Positions 19,914 through 31,552 of a DNA stretch of 64,000 bases are shown in pieces. A model generated the notes under the pieces. It worked only from the letters and a program-made list of their open reading frames with translations. It was not told the origin of the DNA and did not search any database. Position 1 is the first letter of the stretch. Each line of letters opens with the position of its first letter. The stretch comes from Bugula neritina (Eukaryota > Animalia > Bryozoa). The stretch is from the NCBI GenBank assembly GCA_964035545.1, contig OZ037765.1, forward strand, positions 17,360,995 to 17,424,994, written 5' to 3'. The translations under genes were made by a program, and so were the position numbers.

Positions 19914-22453
19914 TTTGTATAGTTAGTGTCTCTAGTTGAAATATAGTTTTAATGCCGGAGACTCAGACATAATGTAACATATTTATACAGGTGAATGCTC
20001 TTCGCTCCAAAACTAATACTTTATAGAAAGCTTTGAAACCCCACCGGAAAGCATTTACATTGGTTTCATCCCATTTAGACGATTCCTTGTTAAACGTTTC
20101 CCACTTGGACGATATTTTAATTTTGGTACAATATATTTAGTAATATACAAATATAACTGTTGCATTTACTGCTTAACATGAAATAAGCTACTAAGCCAGC
20201 TATTTGTTTTCACTCAATACTAATTTAGCTACAGTTTATTTTATTCAGAATAACAGATAACAGCTGAATAAAATGCACAAATGCATTTCATGGTATATCA
20301 CCTACTGCTATATTACAACTTTTTCTTTTTATATTTTGTCTATCTTTTACCTTTAAGTTTAAGGTTTGTACAAGATGGCTTCTTATAGAAGCATTGTTAC
20401 TGTAGGTAGCTTGATGGTGGCTTCTTTGCTTTCTATTATGTGCTAAATAATAGCATAACATACATATATTGCACTAAAATCTATAAATATCGTCTAACTG
20501 GGAATCATCAAGTGGGATAGCACCTTTAAATTTTAACTGAAGAACAGGGGTCAATTGTTTACGCAAGGAATCCCTACTACTACTAGTAGTAGTAGGGGTA
20601 CCTGTCGTTTTGCACATGGTACACAAATCGGTTCGTACACAAAATAAAAATAAATTAACCCCAAACAATAAATAATTATCAAAAAATATATATTTTAGTT
20701 AACCTATTTTGATGTGTACGTAACGACCTGTGTACGAAATTGTAAAGTTTTGAATGTTTACTGCATGCAATAGAGTTGTTTGTTATTATGTTGGGTGTTA
20801 TTATCGTCCGCCAATTGAAAAAGACTTAACAACATTAAGGTCGCTATTGAATTCTATAACAAAAAAGTATCCATCTGACAAAATTATTCTTATAGGTGAC
20901 ATGAACATGCCGGGAATAGATTGGAACCTAATGTTACCAGGACACTGCATGCCCGACCAATCCCTGCAACTAGATTTCCTTGATATCCTTGCAGAGGTGA
21001 ACATGCAACAGCTTCATGGAAATACTCTAGATTTAATTTGCACAACATCCCCAGAAATAGTCAGCCATAATGTTGTGTTTCCAGGACTGAGCGATCATGC
21101 CATCATCTCAGTTGACGTATTTGTTTTAGCTGACATCCGTAATTTTGTGCTCAAGACACCATTTAAGCAATACCACAAGGTAAATATGAACAACTCCCAG
21201 AAAGTACTACAAGAAATAAAGTTTAAGCTAAAAACCATGGACGATGTGGATGCAATGTAGATGTTTTTTTCTAAGGGTTTACGACAAGCAATCAATGACT
21301 TTGTTCCAATTTTTGAAGGACAAAAGAGGCTGAATGTAAATGAACCTGTTTGGTTTAACAAGGAAGCAAGGGAACTGGCCTGTAAGCAAAGGAAACTCTA
21401 CAATAAATACAAAAAGAGCAAAGATGCATATGATAAACAACTTGCTGCATCACATCGCAGATCCGCAAACAAAACCTTCAAACAAATTAAAAAGCAATAT
21501 GTTGAAACTCGGGTGTGCAGACCACTGCAAGAAGGCAACAGCAGGCCCTTCTACAGGCATCTAAAAGGTACAAGCTCAAGTAGTCAAGTAAGGCTCGTCA
21601 AGGAAAATCGACAACTCCCCTCTCACCCTAAGGAATGGGCAGACATGCTCAACCATCATTTTCACAGATAGTTTGCCACAGGTCATCAACTATTCCTACA
21701 TAGCTCTAGCACCCACACAGGAGTTCCTAATGTATCAGCCTCTAAAGTAACAAAAATGATTTAAGACTTAAAACACGGAAAGGCTTCAGGACCAGATGGC
21801 TTCCGAAAAGCTGACCTCAGTATAGATGTAGAACAAACTGCTGTTTGTCTCAGTTACATATTTCAGGTTTCTCTTACAACTGGAAAGCTTCCATTAGAAT
21901 TGAGGGCAGTCAACATCTCACCTCTTCACAAGTCAGGGTCCACAAAAAAGGTCAATAACTATCGGCCCATTTTAATAACAAGTATTCCTTGTAAGATGTT
22001 AAAGCATTTGGTATTGAGAAACCTGCTGGAAAAAAATGACACTAAGCTAAACAATAGGCAGCACGGGTTTAGAAAAGGCCTCTCTTAAGAAACACAAATC
22101 TGTGCAACTATGCACGATATACTCCATTCTACAGATACCCACCAAAATGTTCATATAGCTGTTTTAGACTTCACTAAAGCATTTGATCGAGTTCTTCATG
22201 CCCTTCTAATAAAAAAGCTTTCAGAGATGGTAGATTTGGATGAATACATTTTACACTGGATAAGTAGCTTCCTAACCAATCGTACACAAAGAGTGGTTTT
22301 ACAAAGTCACACCTCGGATCCGTTACCAGTTACCTCAGGTGTGCCACAAGGATCGGTTTTAAGGCAAGTACTTTTTCTCATTTTTATTAATGAACTACCT
22401 GACTTTCTTGACTGCGCATATGCCTTGGTTGCTGATGACGCCCTTGTCTACCA

Positions 22454-23617
22454 CAGGGTTGAGGTAATTGTAATTGGTTGTAATTAATTACATTTTTTCA
22501 AGTAATTGAATGTAATTTGTAATTGATGTATAAAAATGTAACTGTAACTGTAATTAATTACATATCTAATGTAATTAATTTTTACAATTACTTTATAACT
22601 ACATGTCAATTACTTCAAACTTTAAAATATTAAAAATTTCCTACTTTTCCTACTATGCCTACTGTTGAATAACAAGTTCAGATTAGGTCTAGGTCAGTGG
22701 TTCCCAACCTGGGGAGAATTCCCCCCTAGGGGGGAATTTGGACATTTTAGGGGGAACTTAGATTTTGAAAAATTCACGCAATTTGTTAATGGCTTTTTGA
22801 GCTCTTGCAAGTTACATGTATATGCATATCTATAAATCTTCATCTTAAGTCATCTATTTAACCAAACCATATTTCGCCATTTTTACATGCGCCATTTTAC
22901 CTAAAGTCATTTTGGGTTTCAACAAGCAAACTCTTCCCACCCTGACAAAACAGAGTTTTGGTGCCATCCAGCACCACCTATTTGTGTGAGGTAGGATTCT
23001 CATCAATTCAAAGAGAAAAGAAACTGCCTTAACTCGAAGCGTGACTTAAGATGGGCCTGGTCATAAACAGAGTCAGACTTAAGCAAGCTGGCACAAAAGC
23101 ATCAACTGAAGCTATAACATTCATAATTGGACTGCTCCGTGTTGTATAACCTAAAAACAACTATAATATTACTATATAATTATATTATATGCAAATATAA
23201 TAAAACAAAATATATTGCATTTTATCATATATTCTCATTAAGTAAGTCATAGAATCTTTTCAATCTTTGAATTGGAGAGGGAGAATTGATAGTCAACATT
23301 TATGAAAGAGAGGAATAGTATGAAAAAGGTTGAGAACCACTGGTCTAGGTAGTATAGTATCACTGTTGAGAACAAAGGAGGTTCACCCCTGTCAAAATTG
23401 CCCCTGGTATTTGGACACTATAAGTGAGCTTGCATAACTTCTATTTATCGCTTGTAAAAACAAAAATAATTTCAATTGTAATTAATTACATTGCCATGTA
23501 ATTGTAATTGTAATTAATTACATTACTTTTTATCTGTAATTATAATTGTAATTGACAAATTTTGATGTAATTGTAATTGTAATTAATTACATTCATATGT
23601 AATTGACCCCAACTCTG
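22454..23617. mobile_element. Non-autonomous hAT element inserted in the LINE RT
   Basis: 8-bp TSD GTCTACCA (22446-22453 and 23618-23625), imperfect TIRs CAGGGTTGAGGT / CAGAGTTGGGGT, and many subterminal GTAATT/AATTAC repeats. Confidence 0.9.
22695..23342 (+). mobile_element. hAT Buster/Charlie-type internal-deletion derivative nested in the previous hAT
   Basis: TSD GTCTAGGT (22687-22694 and 23343-23350) and TIR CAGTGGTTC(C/T)CAACCT. A remnant transposase C-terminus LVPSSTTYLCEVGFS...RNCL...DLR lies at about 22958-23120. Confidence 0.92.
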
Positions 23618-26600
23618 GTCTACCAGGAGATAGCCTCATTTAATGACTGCAGCAGGTTTCAACAAAATCTAGATTCTCTTTGTGCGTGGTCAGACAAGTG
23701 GGGTATGTCATTCAACATCGTTGGGAGCAAAATAATAAGTTTTAACTCTGTAGGAGATACTCCCAATTACACTTCGAATGGATCAGTGTTAGATCATGTA
23801 GACTCTACAAAATACTTAGGTGTTACACTACAATGAGATTGCAGGTTCAACAATCATATATCAAATAAAATGCTGAAGGCTCGAAGACAATTAGGTATGA
23901 TTAAAAAAGCTCTCTACTGGGCCCCCTAACGAGCATACAAAGCCTTGTGTCTGCCACACCTAGAGTATGCTAGCGCAGCTTGGGACCCAATCTGCAAGAA
24001 GGATATTTCTGGCTTAGAAAATATACAAGTGAATGCAGTTCGATTCATAGCCAATATTAAAGGCTGTAAAGATGTCGAAAGTGCCATGAAGAAACTCTGC
24101 CTACAACCCTTTGAACAAAAAAGGAGAAACAGACGTATTAATCTCCTTATGAAAATTTTAGCAAAAGAAGAGCAACATCAGGCTCTCAGCTCTGCCTATG
24201 ATGAGTTGCTGAACAAACCAACAGACAGCACTATACAGCCTCGCTCCCAAGCAAGGGGACAGCCCCAGTCAGTGAGTGCTAATACTACCAAGTACCTGAA
24301 CAGTTTTCTCCCAAAGACTATCCAGGACCTGAAAATTGGTCACAACCAAAGCAATAACTCAGAGATCTCTACATCGACAGGATTAAGTTCCTGTTCAGTA
24401 AATACAGCCCAAACAGTACTAACTGTATGACTATTGACCAATGACTGTCCAACACATTACCCATATGCGGCACACCCCTTCCTCCCTCTAGGGTGGTGCA
24501 GTGTGATGGTCACTTCGAGTAAGTTCAAGTACATTTACTGCTTGAATCAGATGATGATTGGCAACTATATAATGTCATGTTCTGTATATATATAAGATGT
24601 AGATTTACAAATAAATATACAGCTTTTAGCCCTCAACCAAGTGTAGTCTCTACAGCATAAATAGAATAACTGCAACTAACACAACATAAAACATAAAAGA
24701 AATGACTTGCACCTCACTACACGTGGTGGTGGTGGTGGTGGTGGTGGTAGTAGTAGTAGTACTAGTACTAGTACTTAACTACTACTAGTACTAATAGTAA
24801 TACTAGTACTAATAGTAATACTAATACTAATAGTAATACTAATACCAGTATATGATACGAATAGGGACAGTCTTAGTCTGTAGTTCTGTAATTGTAAGTG
24901 TCAGCAGTGAGTCATGTGTGTTACACTTACTCTTAGTCTTACTGTTCGTGTTACTGTTAGTGTTAGGCTTAGTCACTTAGAGTTAGTGTAAGTGTTACTG
25001 TTAGTGTTACTGTTAGCGTTAGCGGTTAGGCTTTGCTCACAATTGCTATTGCTTACATTTAACCAAAGATAGCGAGTGGCAAAATAATAATTCTGATATA
25101 TACTTATAGTATTAGCTCAAAGTTAATATATCAATTTAATAGTGAGGGCAACAATCAAACTTAAAGTCTCTGTAGAGCTATTCGAAGGTATGCGCTTTAA
25201 AATTATAACAGCTTCAGCGCGAGCTTCGTCGCTGCAGAGTAGTATTTTATATAGTATATTATACCCACTGAGCTGGAATAGACTATTATTAATATTAATA
25301 TTAATTATATTAATATTATTAATAATATTAATAATATTAATTATATTAATATTAATTATTAATATATAATTATTAATATAATAATTATTGAGTTCATTGA
25401 TTATACCACTCTGCATCACTGGGTACACTGTTGATGTCAAGGTTGAAGCCTGAAGGTTATAGCGGGGTTCCAAAAACTTCCTAATAGCTTAGAAACTTGT
25501 CAGTCGAAACCTACGCTCCAACACACAGCGTGAACTTCAACCCTTTGCTAAGACACTGTGCGTCTACTCTATTTTTGGCGTGAAGATATATAATATATAA
25601 TATTATTATTATTTATGAAACTACTGTAAGTTATATTTCAATGGCTGCATCCATATGATTAGATAACAACAAACAAGACATCTGGTGATGAACTGAAAAA
25701 TCGACAATATAGGTGGATTTTAAGATGCTGATTCAGATTAGGCTGAAGTAAAACTAAATTGTAAATTGAAAATCCTTTCAATTTTCCCTAAAACTGTAAA
25801 AGTAAATAAATACTATAACTATAAGTATAAGTATAATATTAGTTATCAGACTGATAGTGATAGTCATAGTGATTTAACCTGGATCATTATGATTCTGATT
25901 TGCCAGTAAGTGTAACTGTACATTTAAAATAATCTTCTACAAAAGCTTGTTAGTTGTTACCATGCTGTTGGACTTAGTGTGTTACTGTTGAAAGTCAAAG
26001 TCAAATTGATTAAATCAAACTGAAACTAATTCAAATTGAAATTTATAAATAATAATAGAAATATTAATAGTAATAGTAATACTAACTAAATTTAGCTGCA
26101 AGTTACAGACTGAGACTAAGTCTAACCCTAAAGTTGAAGCCTTAAAGTTAATATTAACCCAAGGCTTTAGGTTAAAGTTATAGGTTTGATATTTGTATTT
26201 CAATTGCCATTTGGCGATTAATGTTTATGTTATACTTATGGTGATGATTAGGAGTGACTAAAATGAATGAGAATGTGATTTATTGGAAGCAAGTTTTATT
26301 TTATGCTCCCATTTTCCTAGCGTAAACTTTAAATCATGACATACTAATAGACGTTTTCAAAACACTTACAGTTACACTGTAGTCATTTATTTTTAGACTA
26401 GAAAACCTCTCATAAATGATTGTGGCGTTTCTAAGGGTAAGAATAGTTGCAAAACAAAGATACATTAGTAATAGCATTGATAGGGATTTATTTTCAAATT
26501 CTTAGTCTTACTCAAACTTGTTTTTTCAAATACTAATAGTAATATTACAGTTCTATTATAGGCCTACTTATTCTTACTTCTTGGCCACAATGACAGTGAC

Positions 26601-28441
26601 AATGACTATTAATGCTGTTTGTACTATTAGAACTGATTATTAAAATTCAGCGTTTTTGTTGTTTGAATTTTTGTGAATACTTGAAAATTGTTACAGCTTT
26701 AATTGAAGACCAAGGGTAAATGGATACGATTATAACTATAAGTTGAAGAGTAGGCGACAAAATAAGTCTGCTTTTACTACCACTGGAAGTTCAACGCCCA
26801 ACCACACTATGCCAATTGATTTCAACTGGATGTTACCATTTTTCCCTGATAAAATTGTACCCGAATACATCAAAGAAATATTTGAAGGTTTGTTTTCAAG
26901 ATCTGCTATTTTTCTCTGCTGAATTTTAGGACTGTTTTCAATTATCTTTGTAAATTTAATTTTATTTTCCCAAATACATATAACCATAACTACTTGTATA
27001 ACTAAGAAGGTATAACTTGATTCTCTAGCATCTAGGTAATATTTTATACACTCTTCAAGTTGAGTATCATACTTATTAGTTGCCAATGCGACACTAGGCT
27101 GAAGTTATATTAGAGCAGATATATGCCTCATAATTACAGAAATTAAAGAGTTATACATTTCCATTTACAGACAAATATGCAATTATAACATGAACAAGTC
27201 TTGTATAATGTTGAAGATAAATTTATTATGATGAACTTGTTTGAATCATGAAAGCATCTTTGTTTTATGCTCAAATTAATTTGAATTCTACATCTAACAA
27301 ATCTTAAGACGGGTTGCTTGTGTAAAGTATGCTTGTAGTTTACTAGGCATAGTTTTGTAAAGATGTTATTGGCATTTTTTGCTATGTTGTAGATGAAGCA
27401 CTTCTCAACATGGACATCTTTACAGCATTGACGATGGAAGAGTTTTCTACACTTTGTTCTAAATTGAAATTGGGGCACCGTGTTATGTTAAGAAGAGCAT
27501 ATGCTAGTGTCAGTGTATTATGGTTAATAATTTTCGTTAAATTTGTTAGATGCATTACAAGTATATAATATTTAAAAAACTAAATACATTTTTGTTGTTA
27601 CTGCCCATGTTTTGCCATATGCTGGTATTCACATCATGTTTATATATGATTTTTAGTCAACCTCTCCAGAGTATTTGGGAGATTCTACAATGCATGACTC
27701 TTATTCTTCAGACTTTGCTGAAAATGGTAATTTAACATTTATACATATTTAAATTTCAGCAAAAATATAAATATGTATTCAACCCTTATAGTTATAAATG
27801 AACATAGTTATAATAGTAAAGCATACATTTGTGTCAGGCTATTATTTCAGTATCATTTTTATAAAGCCCGTCATGAAATCTGTATATCAGAACTCTTTCA
27901 GAATTAAGTTTTATGCAAATTAAAAGTATTTATATTTATTTCTTGTAATGCTGTGCCCACTTGATTCACGGTATTCACCACTGCTTGTCTATCAGCATTT
28001 CTTTCACCCAATTTATAAACTTGACAGTAAGCTGCATTAATAATATATGTTCTCCCACATGGAACATTACTTACCACAGCTATTTTTCTCTTCAGTCTTT
28101 TTTCTATGAACACATTTTGATACCATTAAAAGCTTGTTTTTAGTTTTTCACTCTATTCAGTCTGATAGATACTAAGATACCTAAGATAGTGACTGTTACC
28201 CTCCTCTCTCCACCCTCTGACACACATGCATTATATTATTTCTTACTTTCTAGATAATAATTGGATTCCAGCAATCAGTTGCTCTGTAAGCACACTTGTG
28301 TTTCCAACATAATCTCACGTTTATACCTTTACCATATATGAATCTAGTGAACATCGGGTGCTAGCCTCCAGGCACCCGCCCTCTAGTGGTGTCTGCACCA
28401 GCTCTTGTTGCAATGGTTACTATTATTTATAGTTATATTAT

Positions 28442-28631
28442 CACTCACGCAAGTTTATAGTCGCTATCCCTGTGAGAAAACCCCTGATGGAAGGGGATTT
28501 TGTTAAATCGGGCTAAGGACTTATTAAGATGAGGCACAGGAGCAATTATGACTGGATGCTCTTCCTAACATCACCAATGGCCTTCGTGCTTACTAGGCAA
28601 TTGCTCTAACCCCTAGGCCACGGCTGCTCCC
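28442..28631 (-). mobile_element. tRNA-derived SINE, copy 1 (internal deletion removes the B box)
   Basis: Near-identical to 29134-29343 and flanked by the direct repeat TATTTATAGTT(A/G)TATTAT. Confidence 0.85.
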
Positions 28632-28825
28632 TATTTATAGTTGTATTATGCTTTATTTTATATATTCTGCCTTTTATAAAAAAGGTGTAAGTTTACATGT
28701 TATAAACTAGTCACGGAAGGAGTTGTGTTTTCACATATTTGAATTTTTTAAAACGAAGTGATATATTTCCAATACAAACATTATTCAGTTTAGCTTTCCA
28801 TTCATATTTTATTTTGCTATTTTAG

Positions 28826-30582
28826 ATACTTTTCCAGCAAAAATACACATCAGTGAAGTCCATAAAACTCCTGAAGAAATGATCAACACCATTAGATATA
28901 GTACGACTAAGACAATGAAGGTGATACAGCTTATATTTTAAATAACAAGTTTTTAGTATATTATTCTATAGATTTTAGGCTTGTTTCAGAGGCTTATTGT
29001 GCAGGAGCTGACTATATATCAGCAACTTGTGTCTTCAGAATAGTGTTTTAGAGTCATCATGTCATAGTGTAAGAGCTGAATTCAAACTGTGTCTAAAACA
29101 ACTTTTATTTAAAAATTTTTACTGCTACTCTCTCTCACACAAGTTTATAGTCACCATCCCTGTGAGAAACCCCTGATAGAAAGGGTATTTGTTAAAGGGC
29201 TAAGGACTTATTTTAATGAGGCACAGGAGCAATTATGACTGGATGCTCTTCCTAACATCACCAATGACCTTTGTCAGGGCTCAAACCCATGACCTTCGTG
29301 TTTACTAGGCAAACGCTCTAACCCCTAGACCACGGCTGCTCCCTTACTGCTACTCTCTGAGTAAGAATAAATATTTTAAATATTGAATATTTTTGAAATT
29401 ACATTAATTAGCAGAAATTTTATTTATTGAACTTAATTTTGTAAAATTGAAATGTTTTTATTATATTTTCATCCTTTTCAATAAACTTTCAAAAAGCTCA
29501 CAGCCTGTAACCGCATGTAATGCTGGTAATTTTTATGCATGCAGTACAGTTGTATCTTTGTTTTATAGTCAACTCTTTTCTACGCATGTAAGCTTACCTA
29601 AAAATATTTCTTGTTTTACCTAAATTGTAGAGAACGTACAAGGTTCATCTAGGTTGTAAGGTGAGAAATGGTGCAGGAAGTTGGGTGCAATCACGTGTTC
29701 GTCCCATGGTAGCTAAGAGGATATCTTCGCTTATAACACATGATGAGTTGCTGTCTCTTCTAAAGGAAGAGTTCCAGCTCCCTGATGATAACACATCAGT
29801 ACAATATGTATTACTGAACACTAAGAACCAGGTTATTGATCCTGGAGAGAATTTCCTGAGTCATCGGTTCTACAAGGGTATCACCAGGCTCTATATCGGT
29901 GTGCAACCTACGTCCACTTGTACTGCTGTTCCCAAACTTGAACAGAGCATAATGAAAAATGAAATCGAAAATCCAGATATACAGAAATATCTAGAAGGTA
30001 TGGTTGAAAGTTATTGTGAAAAAATAGTCAGAGCCAAAAATCAATTTTTAATTGTAGTAATAGCAAATTTTACTCAATAATAAATGATCACTATACACTA
30101 TGCTTTTTAACTTTGTGATCTGAAAGAGAGTAAGAGGAGAGGCTAGCTCATTGGAATGTGATAATTTTTTCCCAAAAAGCAGCGTAAGCTTCAGGTTTAA
30201 ATAAGTCAAATTCAGCTTGTCCAGATTTAATCTAGAAACTGTATTTTAGTCAGTAAATTTTGATGAAGCTCAACCGCAATTTAAAGGCATTAAGGTAGTA
30301 ATTTTTCGTAGCAGGCATTTTCTACTGCCAGATCATAGACATATAAAGCTTTTCTGATATGTGAAATGTTAAAATGTATAGTTATATGTCATGGTATGAT
30401 GCTGCTATAGGTCTACGGCATCATGAATATTATGATTGTAATGGTATAAAAAAGAATAGAAATAAAAATGCTAGATGATGATAAAAGGTTTTACTGTGCT
30501 TAATTTAGACCAATCTCATGCTGTGGACGTAATTGATGAAAGTGAATCTACCTCGGACTCCATGACTCCTCTGAATCAATGA
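28826..30582 (+). CDS. Uncharacterised multi-exon protein, 3' exons 28826-28920, 29631-29997, 30509-30582 (5' exons unresolved, candidates near 26800, 27657 and 28254)
   Basis: GT-AG borders and phases join ...RYSTTKTMK-RTYKVHLGCKVRNGAGSWVQ...LLSLLKEEFQLP...YVLLN...TRLYIG...LE-DQSHAV...NQ*. Confidence 0.55.
29134..29343 (-). mobile_element. tRNA-derived SINE, copy 2 (complete)
   Basis: The minus strand begins GGGAGCAGCCGTGGTCTAGGGGTTAGAGCG (A box) ... GGTTTGAGCCC (B box). 15-bp TSD TTACTGCTACTCTCT at 29119-29133 and 29344-29358. Confidence 0.9.
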
Positions 30583-31552
30583 AGTACCTCTGTACAAAAT
30601 ATGTATATATTGTTTGTAACATATTTTTAAATGCTTATGTATATTTTTTACTTTTAGCTTACCAATATAAAATTATAACCATGATTACCATTTACTCTAT
30701 CGATTAAAATTTTTCACCAGCTTCAAAAAATTGACTGTTATAATTGTAAGAATGTGTTTAATAGAAATATAAACAGATACAAGTTGGTGTACTAATCATT
30801 TTGATTATAGCCCAAAGTATTATATGTATTGAAGTCTACTGAAGGTTGAACACAGGGCGCCTCGCCTTCAGCATTCTTGAAGCATTGATTCAAATTTCAC
30901 ATGGTTGGAAAAAGTTAACATTTGTAAGAAATTCAAGAATAAACAAATACAGTATCATTACATGATGTAATATGCATTTATTGCTTATGCAAGTTGCAAC
31001 ACATGTTGCACATGAAATCGCAAAGATAACAAGAAACAAGATATTTTATTATACAGCTAAAAGAACTTAAATATAAAATAAACATCCTTTTCACAAACTA
31101 TTATGAAAACTTCGTGGGGAACTAACACAATTCATTTCAAACCAAATGCAGTAAATGAAAACCATTGATTGCACAAATATGTATGATTTTTACTGAAGAA
31201 ATGGATTTAACAACTAATTGTATATGCTGCATACCATTAAATATCGCTATGATTGCCACCTTAATTATGCAATACATAAATAAAAAATACTATACACAGA
31301 AAACAATGCACTATTTTATAAAAGTAAATTTTTCAAAACCCCCAACCAAAATAAATCTGGGCATTGTGTAAATGCGAAAAGATTGTTTTAACTTGACAAT
31401 GAGCAGACAATGGCTAGAATTTTCTGATTGTCCTGAACTGTTACACAACTCATGGAATTCAAAAATAAAAATCTATTTTATAGAATATAATTGGAACAAT
31501 GATTAATTACTATATCAATTTATAGTATGATGATAAAACAAGACGATGACAC

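Larger units (their letters stand above)
20772..24530 (+). mobile_element. Degenerate, 5'-truncated non-LTR retrotransposon (APE endonuclease + RT; CR1/L2/RTEX-like), interrupted by nested hAT elements
   Basis: Endonuclease motifs YRPP, IGDMNMP, LDL and SDH. RT motifs NYRPI, QHGFRKG, LDFTKAFD, SGVPQGSVL, ADD, KYLGV and LEYASAAWDP. Multiple stops and frameshifts; ends approximate. Confidence 0.9.

Noticed and set aside
25123-25473. ORFs with poly-Ile/Asn/Leu/Thr/Ser runs (also 39925-40264 and 46189-46527)
   Set aside because: Translations of AT-rich microsatellites.
26736-27478. Minus-strand ORFs of 116 and 111 aa, one with Cys/His (KCRKLFHRQCC)
   Set aside because: Non-ATG starts, incomplete zinc-finger spacing and no consistent splice model. 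The exon-like signals here are on the plus strand.
29270-29343. tRNA gene
   Set aside because: The tRNA-like head is part of a TSD-flanked SINE present twice, with no convincing acceptor stem.
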